Below, one piece after another: positions 36,884-45,746 of a stretch of DNA of 64,000 nucleotides. The stretch covers positions 19,719 to 83,718 of the forward strand of contig CAYWNT010000002.1 of the NCBI GenBank assembly GCA_964459725.1. Reading direction: 5' to 3'. This stretch comes from an uncultured Gammaproteobacteria bacterium. GTDB taxonomy: Bacteria; Patescibacteriota; Patescibacteriia; Patescibacteriales; UBA12075. The first letter of the stretch is position 1, and each line of letters begins with the position of its first letter. The notes beneath the pieces were generated by a model, which saw only the letters and a program-made list of their open reading frames with translations, was not told the origin of the DNA and did no database searches. The position numbers were made by a program, and so were the translations under genes.

Positions 36884-38611
36884 CTAGCGCGTCGCTCCAC
36901 TATAAGTTATCGCCTGCATGGCGTTCCAGTCTTCTGTTGTGCTTGGTGTTTTTCCGAATATTCCCTTGAAGATATTTATTCCGTTTTTCTCACTGTTTAA
37001 ATTTCTGTTTTCAGCTCTCTGTCTAAGTCCATAGGCCATAACCTTGATAGCTGCAGCGTCATTGGGATTATCCATGTTTGGATATCTCTTATAGATCGAT
37101 TTGAATTTAGTAATTGCTTTATTTTCTGCCGTCACGTTTGTCATTGTCGGCCATCTGCCATTAGCAATCTTTACAGCATCGGTCAGGTCATCTTCGGTTT
37201 CAGGCAACTTACCGAAAGCAGCTTTGAAAGAGTGCATCACGGCCGCCCTCTCGCCTGCTCCAAGGCGCTTAGTGTTCTCATCAACTCCATAAGTAATAAA
37301 ACTATTGATAGAGTTCTGCATCTCAGCTGTCACGTTCGACATGTCAGTCATTAATGACTTTAGATATGTAATTTGGTTTTGCTGTTCTCTTACTAAATTT
37401 CTGAGCTCCTTTAGCTCTGCTAAAATATCATCTAATTTATTACCACTAAGCAACTCAGCCTTTTCTTCTATTTTTATAATAGCATCGTCTTTTGCGCATT
37501 CCCCATAATGCTTCTTGGCTACTCCGGTAGCGTCTAGCATACATTTATTGCCATATGTTTTTCCATCAACTCCACAAACCGGATCGTACTGCATGGTACA
37601 AGCAACACCAGCCGACTCCATTGCTACGTTTATTTCATTGCTGTACACTCCACATTTTCCTCCGAGATACTCGCAAACTCGAACATAATAAACTCCAATC
37701 CCTGAAAAAGCATCTAAAACATCAGATGATTTATTAGGGTCACTGAGATAATGATACTTATCTCCGCTCCTAGTTGGATAAGTTGGGCCTGGGTTCTTGG
37801 ACCATACCACCTTAAATCCTTTCTCTGAATATCCGTCAACAGACCATTTAATATCTCTTCCTTCACCGCTCAAGGTAATTGATTTTACCTCACCAGAAGA
37901 AGTATCACTTGATCCATCACCAAGTGTTACTGTAATTTCATTACTATACTTACCACATGCCCCTCCAAGGTACTCACAAACACGAACATAATATGTTCCA
38001 GAACCAGAAAAATCACTTAACGTGTCAGATGTCCTGTTCGGATCACTGTAGTAGTGATACTTATCCCCGCTTCTAGTTGGATACGTTGGTCCTTGATTCT
38101 TGGACCATACAACCTTGAACCCTTTTTTCGAATAACCATCTGTGGACCATTTAATATTTTTTCCTTCTCCACTTAGGGTAATTGACTCTACCTCTCCGGA
38201 AGAATTATCAGCTGATCCGTCACCAAGTGTAACAGTAATCTCATTACTGTACTTTGCGCACTGTCCTCCTCCAAGATACTCACAAACTCGAACATAATAA
38301 GTTCCAGAACCAGAAAAATCACTTAACGTGTCAGATGTCCTGTTCGGATCACTGTAGTAGTGATACTTATCCCCGCTTCTAGTTGGATACGTTGGTCCTT
38401 GATTCTTGGACCATACAACCTTGAACCCTTTATAAGAATACCCATCAACACTCCAAGAAATAGAACTTCCGCTCCCAGAAAGAGAAATAGAATTTACAAC
38501 TCCCTGATTACTACTTGTGTTATTAGAATAAACCGCTCCGACTATGTCCACACTGAACATAAACGAAAAAATTATAAGCGCTGATAAAACAACGCGAGAT
38601 GTTTTCCTCAT
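36884..38611 (-). CDS. secreted protein: three ~100-aa tandem domains, a Kazal-like domain and a helical C-terminal domain
   Basis: Start at [17 protein letters not shown] (38611; the track ORF extends to 38680). The repeats contain [29 protein letters not shown]...[12 protein letters not shown]. The Kazal-like segment is [35 protein letters not shown]. Confidence 0.7.
   Translation of the reverse strand: MRKTSRVVLSALIIFSFMFSVDIVGAVYSNNTSSNQGVVNSISLSGSGSSISWSVDGYSYKGFKVVWSKNQGPTYPTRSGDKYHYYSDPNRTSDTLSDFSGSGTYYVRVCEYLGGGQCAKYSNEITVTLGDGSADNSSGEVESITLSGEGKNIKWSTDGYSKKGFKVVWSKNQGPTYPTRSGDKYHYYSDPNRTSDTLSDFSGSGTYYVRVCEYLGGACGKYSNEITVTLGDGSSDTSSGEVKSITLSGEGRDIKWSVDGYSEKGFKVVWSKNPGPTYPTRSGDKYHYLSDPNKSSDVLDAFSGIGVYYVRVCEYLGGKCGVYSNEINVAMESAGVACTMQYDPVCGVDGKTYGNKCMLDATGVAKKHYGECAKDDAIIKIEEKAELLSGNKLDDILAELKELRNLVREQQNQITYLKSLMTDMSNVTAEMQNSINSFITYGVDENTKRLGAGERAAVMHSFKAAFGKLPETEDDLTDAVKIANGRWPTMTNVTAENKAITKFKSIYKRYPNMDNPNDAAAIKVMAYGLRQRAENRNLNSEKNGINIFKGIFGKTPSTTEDWNAMQAITYSGATR
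37607..38497 (-). repeat. three ~300-bp tandem coding repeats; copies 1 and 2 are near-identical at the DNA level
   Basis: A stretch of >120 nt (ccagaaccagaaaaatcacttaacgtgtcagatgtcctgttcggatcactgtagtagtgatacttatccccgcttctagttggatacgttggtccttgattcttggaccatacaaccttgaaccc) occurs at about 38000 and about 38300. Confidence 0.85.
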
Positions 38612-38767
38612 AAATCTTCTTAAATTTAGTTTATAAAGTTTATATATTATTTTATTAACAATGATAATATTATAACACATTTAACCATATTTATACTATA
38701 GTATAAATATTAGAAATTCGTTAAGAAATAATTATTACCATCTAATATAAATTATAAAAACAAAATA

Positions 38768-38797
38768 GCCCCTTCTACTTTCTAAAGTAAAAGGGGC
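38768..38797 (-). terminator. terminator downstream of ORF 38822..39484
   Basis: GCCCCTT...AAGGGGC stem, then TATTTTGTTTTT on the minus strand. Confidence 0.55.
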
Positions 38798-38821
38798 CAT
38801 GGTTTTTAATTTTATAAAAAC

Positions 38822-39484
38822 CTAAATTATAAAAGGAGCTAGAGCAAAGGCCCAGCGAAAATTAGAGTCCCAGACACTGCTATTATTTTCACAGGAACGC
38901 ACATTTAGCCAAAGACCTCTTCCGAGGCGCTCAACACTAAAAAGACATAATTTACCCTCAGAGTCTTTAATTGGCTTCATTGCCATCAAAAGTGTTTCAC
39001 CTATTGGCTGATCCACGTATTGCAACCGCCACTGCGGTCCTGCTTCTGCTAGAAAAAGTTCGCCGCCAATCTTGTAAATACCTTCATAAATCTCATCCAA
39101 AGTCCCTGATCTTCCGATTATTTCCTTCGTTGTCGCAACACCAATATCAATCCTGATATCAATCTGAGAAATTCCCGGAAGAAACTCCGGCTTCTCTATA
39201 ATATCCTTGGCTGATTCTGACATCTTGAATATTGGATTGCTTAAGGCCTCTAAAAACTCAGCACTATTTTGCAATCCTGTTCCAAGTTCGACAGCCTTCC
39301 CGATTGAAAATTTGCTTTTACTATCACAAACCTCACACTCATCCCAAATATCACAAAGGATTTGAAAATCGAATTCTGTATGTAGATTAATACCTCCCCT
39401 CTGATCAAGTTGAAGCTTGATCCTGCGCATTATTCGATCCAATTTTTGATATTGATCATCGCTTACAGTTATGTTGGTCGCCAT
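38822..39484 (-). CDS. hypothetical cytoplasmic protein
   Basis: 220-aa ORF. GAAGGAGGA lies 5 nt upstream. No family recognised. Confidence 0.5.
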   Translation of the reverse strand: MATNITVSDDQYQKLDRIMRRIKLQLDQRGGINLHTEFDFQILCDIWDECEVCDSKSKFSIGKAVELGTGLQNSAEFLEALSNPIFKMSESAKDIIEKPEFLPGISQIDIRIDIGVATTKEIIGRSGTLDEIYEGIYKIGGELFLAEAGPQWRLQYVDQPIGETLLMAMKPIKDSEGKLCLFSVERLGRGLWLNVRSCENNSSVWDSNFRWAFALAPFII

Positions 39485-39624
39485 GATAATCCTCCTTCTT
39501 TTGCAGGATTAATTATCCGTTATAATTAAAAGAGCAAAACATTTACTTATTAAATGTTGAGTTATTATTGCATATCTCTATAAAAAGTCAAGAAAAAATA
39601 AAGAAAAAATAAATACTTAACAAT

Positions 39625-39652
39625 TTGACAATTCTATTTGTTGTGTTAATAT
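39625..39652 (+). promoter_or_regulatory. promoter for tRNA-Tyr
   Basis: TTGACA, 16-nt spacer, TAATAT, about 33 nt upstream of the tRNA 5' end. Confidence 0.55.
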
Positions 39653-39684
39653 CTCATTATTGATCCTTTTGAAATAAATTATGA

Positions 39685-39848
39685 GGAGGGGTAGCCGAGT
39701 CGGTTTCAGGCGCTTGATTGTAAATCAAGTAAAAGCGAAAATTCACCAAACAATGTTTTAAGGGTTTTTTGTCTAGTGCGCATAAACATAAAACTATTAG
39801 AATATTGTGAATTCTCGTACGTAGGTTCAATTCCTACCCCCTCAGCCA
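39685..39848 (+). tRNA. tRNA-Tyr(GTA) with a greatly expanded (~91-nt) variable region
   Basis: Acceptor GGAGGGG/CCCCTCA (G1-A72 mismatch as drawn). D-arm GCC-GAGTCGGTTTCA-GGC. Anticodon arm CTTGA-TTGTAAA-TCAAG. T-arm GTAGG-TTCAATT-CCTAC. CCA is encoded. 164 nt total versus about 85 nt expected. Confidence 0.7.
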
Positions 39849-39859
39849 TTTTCCATTAT

Positions 39860-39892
39860 AAAAAGTCATCGTAAAATACGATGACTTTTTTT
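39860..39892. terminator. bidirectional terminator between tRNA-Tyr and metG
   Basis: AAAAAGTCATCG-TAAAATA-CGATGACTTTTT. Confidence 0.75.
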
Positions 39893-39909
39893 CTTATTGA
39901 AATGACTTT

Positions 39910-41373
39910 TTAAATTCTAGGAAACAAAGGCTCGCCTTTCTTCACCCGCCTCTCGCTAAACTGTTTTACAATTTCTAGAGATACACTTGGCATAAATGGC
40001 GTTAGCAACTTAACCACGTAAAGTAAATTCTCTGCGACTGGCTCAAGTACTGCTTTTATTTCATCCTTCTCTTTTAGCTTCCAAGGAGTTTTTTGGCTTA
40101 GAAATTCATCCTGCTCGCGAAGTCTTGCCCATAGCACCTTTAATGCTTCATCAAATCTATACTTCTTCATTTTCTCTTCAAAATCCTTCTTTAATTGCTC
40201 ATCGCATTTATCTAAACCAATATCCAATTCGATTTCATTTTTTTCAAGCATGTTAGAGGTTCTAGCGACCAAGTTTCCTAGTCCATTTGCCAAATCAGCA
40301 TTGTAAATTTCTTGAAACCGCTCATCACTTAAATCCGTATCTTCAAAAGGACTTTGAGATAATAAAAAATATCTGGTTGCATCCTGGCCATATTTCTCGA
40401 CTACATCGTATGGATTAATCACATTACCAAGACTCTTGCTCATCTTTTGTCCTCCAGAATTAATAAAACCAAAAATCAATACTTGAGTAGAATTCGAAAT
40501 TCCAGCAGACATAAGCATGGCCTGCCACATTGCAGTTTGCTGCCTTAAATTATCCTTCCCCGCAACCTGCATCCCGGGCCAGTATTCCTCAAACAAATTC
40601 CCCTCTTGAGAGGGGTGCCCTTTAGGGTGGGGTGTGTTTTGATTACCTCCCCAGCCAAGGCAAGAAATATAATTCACAAGCGCATCAAACCAAACATACA
40701 TTACATGATCCTCATCGCCCGGAACCGGCACGCCCCAAGGCATCTTCTCTTTTAGTCGCGAAATAGAAAAATCCTCAAGTCCCCTCTCCACAAAAGCCCT
40801 TATTTCATTTAGTCTATGTGCTGGCACCACAAACTCGGGGTTATCTTTGTAAAACTTTAATAACTTATCCTGATAATTTGACCACTTAAAAAAATAATTC
40901 TCCTCTTCAATCAATTCGAGTTCTTGATCCGGGTGATGTGGGCATTTTCCATCAACCAGTTCTGACTCAGTTAATTCAAGCTCGCAACCAACACAATATT
41001 TAACGCTATAATTCTTTTTATAAATATCACCATTCTCCTCACACTTCTTCCAAAACTCTTGCGCGGCTTTCACGTGGTGCTCATCCGTAGTTCGAATGAA
41101 GTTATCATAACTCAAATTCAGAGCCTCTTTTAGATCATTAAACTTCTTGGCATATCCGTCACAATACTCCTGGGGATCAACTCCAGCTTCTTTTGCCTTA
41201 CGATAAATCTTTAACCCATGCTCATCTGTTCCGGTGTTAAAAAACACTTCTTTCCCAAGCCCCCTCTGATATCTAGCCAAACAATCAGCTCTAAGGATCT
41301 CAGCCGCAAACCCAACATGCGGATCAGCGTTTACATATGGCAGGGTTGTTGTAATGTAAAATTTGCTTTGCAT
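39910..41373 (-). CDS. metG: methionyl-tRNA synthetase (short form)
   Basis: TTTLPYVNADPHVGFA (HIGH-type), a CxxC...CP knuckle, KMSKSLGN, 487 aa. Confidence 0.95.
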   Translation of the reverse strand: MQSKFYITTTLPYVNADPHVGFAAEILRADCLARYQRGLGKEVFFNTGTDEHGLKIYRKAKEAGVDPQEYCDGYAKKFNDLKEALNLSYDNFIRTTDEHHVKAAQEFWKKCEENGDIYKKNYSVKYCVGCELELTESELVDGKCPHHPDQELELIEEENYFFKWSNYQDKLLKFYKDNPEFVVPAHRLNEIRAFVERGLEDFSISRLKEKMPWGVPVPGDEDHVMYVWFDALVNYISCLGWGGNQNTPHPKGHPSQEGNLFEEYWPGMQVAGKDNLRQQTAMWQAMLMSAGISNSTQVLIFGFINSGGQKMSKSLGNVINPYDVVEKYGQDATRYFLLSQSPFEDTDLSDERFQEIYNADLANGLGNLVARTSNMLEKNEIELDIGLDKCDEQLKKDFEEKMKKYRFDEALKVLWARLREQDEFLSQKTPWKLKEKDEIKAVLEPVAENLLYVVKLLTPFMPSVSLEIVKQFSERRVKKGEPLFPRI

Positions 41374-41410
41374 ACACTAAAAAAAACAAAAAAACACGAA
41401 TAAAACAAAA

Positions 41411-41821
41411 TTATTTTTCTGTATTTCGCACTTTTCTATCATTTGTAAAAATTACTCTTTTAATATATAAGTTAGGACTTCTAAAATTGACAAATATACC
41501 TAATTCAAAGTTGCTAACTCTTAAATAACTATAAACTTGGTCTATAAAATTTTTTGGAATGGCGTCAACTGCTTTCACCTCTAATATTACTTTATCATCA
41601 ATTATAAAATCAGGTTTATAATATCCAATTCTTTTTCCTGAAACAGGAGAAATAATATCAATATTTTTTTCTCTTTTATATTTTATACCATCCCTGCTAA
41701 ATATTTCTTCAACCAAATTACAATAAACCAACTCTTTATGTCCTGGTCCTAAAATCTTCCTCACTTCGATAAGTGCACCTTGAACTTTATAACTCAATTC
41801 CTTATACAATACAAAAGTCAT
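41411..41821 (-). CDS. GxxExxY-family protein (PD-(D/E)xK nuclease fold)
   Basis: GHKELVY matches GxxExxY. KPDFIIDDKVILEVK gives the PD...ExK motif. 136 aa. Confidence 0.7.
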   Translation of the reverse strand: MTFVLYKELSYKVQGALIEVRKILGPGHKELVYCNLVEEIFSRDGIKYKREKNIDIISPVSGKRIGYYKPDFIIDDKVILEVKAVDAIPKNFIDQVYSYLRVSNFELGIFVNFRSPNLYIKRVIFTNDRKVRNTEK

Positions 41822-41876
41822 AATAAATTAGTTTATTTCGCTATTCCTACGTTTGCTTTGTGTCTGTTTGTTGTTA

Positions 41877-42632
41877 TTATGCAATAATAACAACAAACTC
41901 TCCTTTCTGGTCATTTTTATCTGACTTAATTTTCTCGGAAATATTTTGCAAGCTTCCCCTATAAACGGTTTCGTGCATCTTCGAAAGCTCTCTGCATACC
42001 ACCACAGAGGTTACCTGTTTCTTCTTCTTTATCCCCTTTTTCTTCTTTGTGTACTCATCCATTTTTTCTATTTTCTCATTCTCTTTTTCAATTCTTTCGT
42101 TCTGTTCCTCTAGTTCATCTAAAAACTTAATAATCCTATGTTTAGATTCATACACCACCACTGGCTCTTCTGAGATAACTATTTTTTCCAAGAAAGTTTG
42201 TCTTCCTTTTTTGTGTGGCGGGAATCCTAGAAATAAAAACCTGTCAGTAGGAATTCCGGAAATTGACAGAGCCGCGGTTACCGCTGAAGGGCCAGGAACT
42301 GACTCTACTTTCACCTCTTCTCCGAAATTCTCAATCACAGCTTCAACCAATTTCCCTCCCGGATCAGATATACCCGGGGTACCGGCGTCAGTCACCAAGG
42401 CCAAGCTTCTCCCTTCCCTTAACAACTTCAATATTTTATCTTCTTTTACCTCGTCTGAATGCTGATGATATGAAATCGTCTTAGCATCAATTTCATAATG
42501 GTCCAGAATCTTCTTTGTAACTCTAGTATCTTCGCATAAAATAAAATCCACTTCACGTAAAATGCGAATGGCTCGAAGTGAGATATCCTCCAAATTTCCT
42601 ATTGGCGTAGCAACAATGTATAATTTTGACAT
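41877..42632 (-). CDS. rsmI: 16S rRNA (cytidine1402-2'-O)-methyltransferase RsmI
   Basis: LYIVATPIGNLEDISLRAIRILREVDFILCEDTR and DAGTPGISDPG. Contains a K/E-rich insert (EEQNERIEKENEKIEK...KKKKGIKKKK). Confidence 0.9.
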   Translation of the reverse strand: MSKLYIVATPIGNLEDISLRAIRILREVDFILCEDTRVTKKILDHYEIDAKTISYHQHSDEVKEDKILKLLREGRSLALVTDAGTPGISDPGGKLVEAVIENFGEEVKVESVPGPSAVTAALSISGIPTDRFLFLGFPPHKKGRQTFLEKIVISEEPVVVYESKHRIIKFLDELEEQNERIEKENEKIEKMDEYTKKKKGIKKKKQVTSVVVCRELSKMHETVYRGSLQNISEKIKSDKNDQKGEFVVIIA

Positions 42633-42702
42633 AATTAAATTAAATGAAGCCCCGTCGAATGACTGGGGCGAAGTGCTCGAAGCGAGTTATCCTCTAAACT
42701 CC

Positions 42703-44367
42703 CTAACTAATATTATCCTTCCTCTCCTTTACGTACTTAGTCCACTCCTCTGTAATCTCCACAAATATTTTAAACGGTGCTTCAATTATGAAGTCAAGAA
42801 TGAACACAAACACATTCAATCTTGAGAATTTCTCACTTAACCACTTTCCGGTAGTAACAATCGGCACGTAGAAGAAGTCAGCGAAGAAAGATAAAATATT
42901 CTCCTTTGGAGGAAGAACCATTAGCTCCTTGATTCCCTTTCTAATTCTAATGCTGAAAAAACTAATCAAGGCCAAGAAGAATAAAAAGATTATTATACTA
43001 ACAAAGTTAAAATTAATCTCATTCAAGATCCACACCACTGCCCCAAAAGACAAAAATATAGTAATGGTGTAAAAAATCCCAAATACAGTATTCATAAAAC
43101 CGCCTCTCTCTCCAGGGTGTCGCAGTTGAAATGGTTCTGTTCTCTTCTTCTCTTCAAATACTATTTCTTCAATTCCCTCAACCACCTTCAATGAGTTTTC
43201 AATAGACGGTGTTTTGGTAAATATTACAATCAAAAATAGAAGCAAAACCGGGAATCCTATGTTTATTGCGAGAGAAAACATATTCACTTCTTCGCCAAAC
43301 CATTTAATCACCGGCACCTCTAGGGCAAAAGCAAAAACAGACTTGGTAAGAAACACATACAAAAGACTCCTAATCGCAGCTCGCCATAATCGTTTTTTGG
43401 TCATTTTGTATCTAGCTTCGCAAATTCTCTTAATGTGTCTAGGAAAAACTTTCGGATCTTTTCCAAAGCAATCATATATCCCCACACAATCATCCTCTAT
43501 GGTATCAATAAGAATTGTGAAAAAAACAGTGTACCTGCTCACTATTCTATTAAGTTGTGGAGCTAGTGCATGATCGATCTGATTATTAATTGACTCTCTA
43601 AGAGCATTGATGTTTTTTGCTAGATCCTCTATTTTGTCATCGCCTGCGTTCTCCCAATCAGCTATAAAATATTTGAGTAGAATAAATCCAATCATATCCT
43701 TATCAAATCTGAAAAAATTCCTATGTATGGCAACATAAATCTGGATCTCTCTGTCTTTGTCATATTTGGAATTCTCCGGCAACTTTATATTCGGCTCCAA
43801 AACATCATACATGTAGTCGATCACGACCTTATCAGCCTTGCTCATACCTACTCTTTCCTCGATGTCTGTTGCCGCCATTGCGATAATCCAATTTATCAAT
43901 TCATTCTTCTCTTTTATGTTTGTCAGATTAATCTTGTCAGCACTTATTCTTTTTAACTTCAAGTATCTCTCAACCACCACAGCTATTTCCCCTATTTTTG
44001 TTTCCGGGATTTTATTGTTTGGCAGATAGCCCGCTCGTATCAGCTCTACAAGCAAGTGCTTTGATACCTCGCGACTATCGACATCTCTAAGCGACACCGC
44101 GCCCTCAATCACAATTTGTCTTTTCAAGATTCTCTCTATAGCATTCTTGCGAAGCAAATTATCCTCCTTATAGTCAACTGAATTTCTTATCTTTTCATAG
44201 TAAAAAGCCATCCGAGAAACCAATTCCGAAACCTTGATTACCGGCACTTCTTCTCCTTGTTTTTCAGCCGCATTTTGCTTTTGATAAATGGCCTGAAACA
44301 ATCTTTTAGCATCCTCGGTGGGCACAAAAGATGAATCTACTTTTTTTGTTATAGTAGGATTTTTCAT
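42703..44367 (-). CDS. hypothetical large membrane protein (cytoplasmic N-terminal ~300 aa plus about 6 TM helices)
   Basis: 554-aa ORF. Last gene of a five-gene minus-strand cluster. No family confidently recognised. Confidence 0.5.
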   Translation of the reverse strand: MKNPTITKKVDSSFVPTEDAKRLFQAIYQKQNAAEKQGEEVPVIKVSELVSRMAFYYEKIRNSVDYKEDNLLRKNAIERILKRQIVIEGAVSLRDVDSREVSKHLLVELIRAGYLPNNKIPETKIGEIAVVVERYLKLKRISADKINLTNIKEKNELINWIIAMAATDIEERVGMSKADKVVIDYMYDVLEPNIKLPENSKYDKDREIQIYVAIHRNFFRFDKDMIGFILLKYFIADWENAGDDKIEDLAKNINALRESINNQIDHALAPQLNRIVSRYTVFFTILIDTIEDDCVGIYDCFGKDPKVFPRHIKRICEARYKMTKKRLWRAAIRSLLYVFLTKSVFAFALEVPVIKWFGEEVNMFSLAINIGFPVLLLFLIVIFTKTPSIENSLKVVEGIEEIVFEEKKRTEPFQLRHPGERGGFMNTVFGIFYTITIFLSFGAVVWILNEINFNFVSIIIFLFFLALISFFSIRIRKGIKELMVLPPKENILSFFADFFYVPIVTTGKWLSEKFSRLNVFVFILDFIIEAPFKIFVEITEEWTKYVKERKDNIS

Positions 44368-44372
44368 TTTTT

Positions 44373-44846
44373 TTAATAAAGATTAAAGCTATCTGTTATA
44401 CCTCTCTCCATCTCAGTTGTCCACTTCTCTTTCCAATCCTCTGGTGACTTACCCCAAAATTTAATTAAGTATATTTTATTATTTTTCTCTCCCAATTTTT
44501 GATTCTTTTCCTTTTCAGTTTCAGGCAAGCCTTCCCATACACTTTCTTGATACACCCTGATAACAACTGGCTTAGCATAACCGGGAACTTGTTGCGGATA
44601 AGAAGTATCACTAGTAGGGACAAAAATCTCTATATCTTGGTAGTCTTCAGTTTCAATTCTTTGAGTCTGGTAATATATAAATTCTTTTGGTAGATTAACG
44701 GAGAAACCAAGCATCTTGTTAGAATACACATAGCTACCATCGTTAATCTGGGCACTGTTTTCCTGATTTTTCTTACACCCCTGAGAAAGCAAAACAACAA
44801 CTGCCAAACTCAAAAGAAATATTATCTTTCTATATTTTTTGAACAT
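44373..44846 (-). CDS. hypothetical lipoprotein
   Basis: Signal peptide plus lipobox (VVLLSQGC). 157 aa. Confidence 0.5.
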   Translation of the reverse strand: MFKKYRKIIFLLSLAVVVLLSQGCKKNQENSAQINDGSYVYSNKMLGFSVNLPKEFIYYQTQRIETEDYQDIEIFVPTSDTSYPQQVPGYAKPVVIRVYQESVWEGLPETEKEKNQKLGEKNNKIYLIKFWGKSPEDWKEKWTTEMERGITDSFNLY

Positions 44847-44851
44847 ATCTT

Positions 44852-45079
44852 CTAGAATCTAAAATGATTTTTTATATCTCTCTTTAAGTGCCAAAGCTTG
44901 TAGGCCATGTACATAAACATGTACGCAACTACCAAGGTAATGATACCAAAAATAATACGAAGCAAAAATTCTGTCCAGATTATAAGAATAGCCAAAACCA
45001 AAATAATAATACCCGTACTAAAAAGAGACCATATAAGATGGTTAATTTTTTTATTAATTTTTTTAAATAAGTTTTCCAT
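44852..45079 (-). CDS. small two-TM membrane protein
   Basis: 75 aa with two hydrophobic helices. Confidence 0.4.
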   Translation of the reverse strand: MENLFKKINKKINHLIWSLFSTGIIILVLAILIIWTEFLLRIIFGIITLVVAYMFMYMAYKLWHLKRDIKNHFRF

Positions 45080-45149
45080 ATTTTTTTGAGTTTAATAAAA
45101 TATTTTTTATTTATAATAAAAGTAGATTTTAGTATGAACCTAATCCAAG

Positions 45150-45746
45150 CTAACTACAGAATCCAAAATTACACTCAAGGCTCTCATCACACCCCATGGA
45201 ATTATCTTCATTTTTACAGCACGGCCTATTGAGACCACCGCATCTAAAGCAGAAATCATTATTAAGTAAATTTCCTTCCAAGCACTTCAATTGGTTCGGA
45301 CAAGCAACCTCCCCATCAGCCCCACAATTTGTACAAATATTATTAATACACTCGGCGCGCTCAGAGCTCAAGCTTTCCTGATTTTTACACTTCACCTCCT
45401 CTTGGCAGCAAGGGTTACCACTTTCTCCGCATTCTACACAGTAATCCTGCTTACAACCCAGGCCTTCATCACACACCGGACCTTCTAGCCTGCAAGGCAT
45501 TTTCTTCTTCCCAAAATCACACTCATCTGCACAATAATGTATTTCCGGATTATTAGGAGCAAAGCAACAAGTCTGACCGAATTGGCATTGTGGCTCCTGA
45601 TCAAGACAACACTGTAGACCATCCATTCCACAATCTTGGGCTATCAAAACGTCCGTGTTCCACTCCTCGTCATTATCAACTTTCTCACCGCCAGCACACC
45701 CAGATAAAAACAAAATAAAAATTAGCGCCAATGCTTTATATTTCAT
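45150..45746 (-). CDS. cysteine-rich lipoprotein (about 38 Cys in 198 aa)
   Basis: Lipobox LFLSGCAGG. The module C..CG..G..(C)C....(K)C.......C recurs three times (CVECGESGNPCC..., CTNCGADGEVAC..., CFRCGGLNRPCC...). Confidence 0.55.
   Translation of the reverse strand: MKYKALALIFILFLSGCAGGEKVDNDEEWNTDVLIAQDCGMDGLQCCLDQEPQCQFGQTCCFAPNNPEIHYCADECDFGKKKMPCRLEGPVCDEGLGCKQDYCVECGESGNPCCQEEVKCKNQESLSSERAECINNICTNCGADGEVACPNQLKCLEGNLLNNDFCFRCGGLNRPCCKNEDNSMGCDESLECNFGFCS

Noticed and set aside
37607-38497. Regularly spaced repeats that might suggest a CRISPR-like array. The same question applies to 34087-34518 and 5878-5952.
   Set aside because: All are in-frame coding tandem repeats of 300, 108 and 24 bp, with no unique spacers between them. 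No cas genes are present.
29841-39484. Classical tRNA-associated genomic island with integrase.
   Set aside because: No integrase, recombinase or transposase ORF is present. I saw no direct repeat of the tRNA-Tyr 3' end. The block lies on the 5' side of the tRNA. Only composition and SD usage suggest foreign origin.
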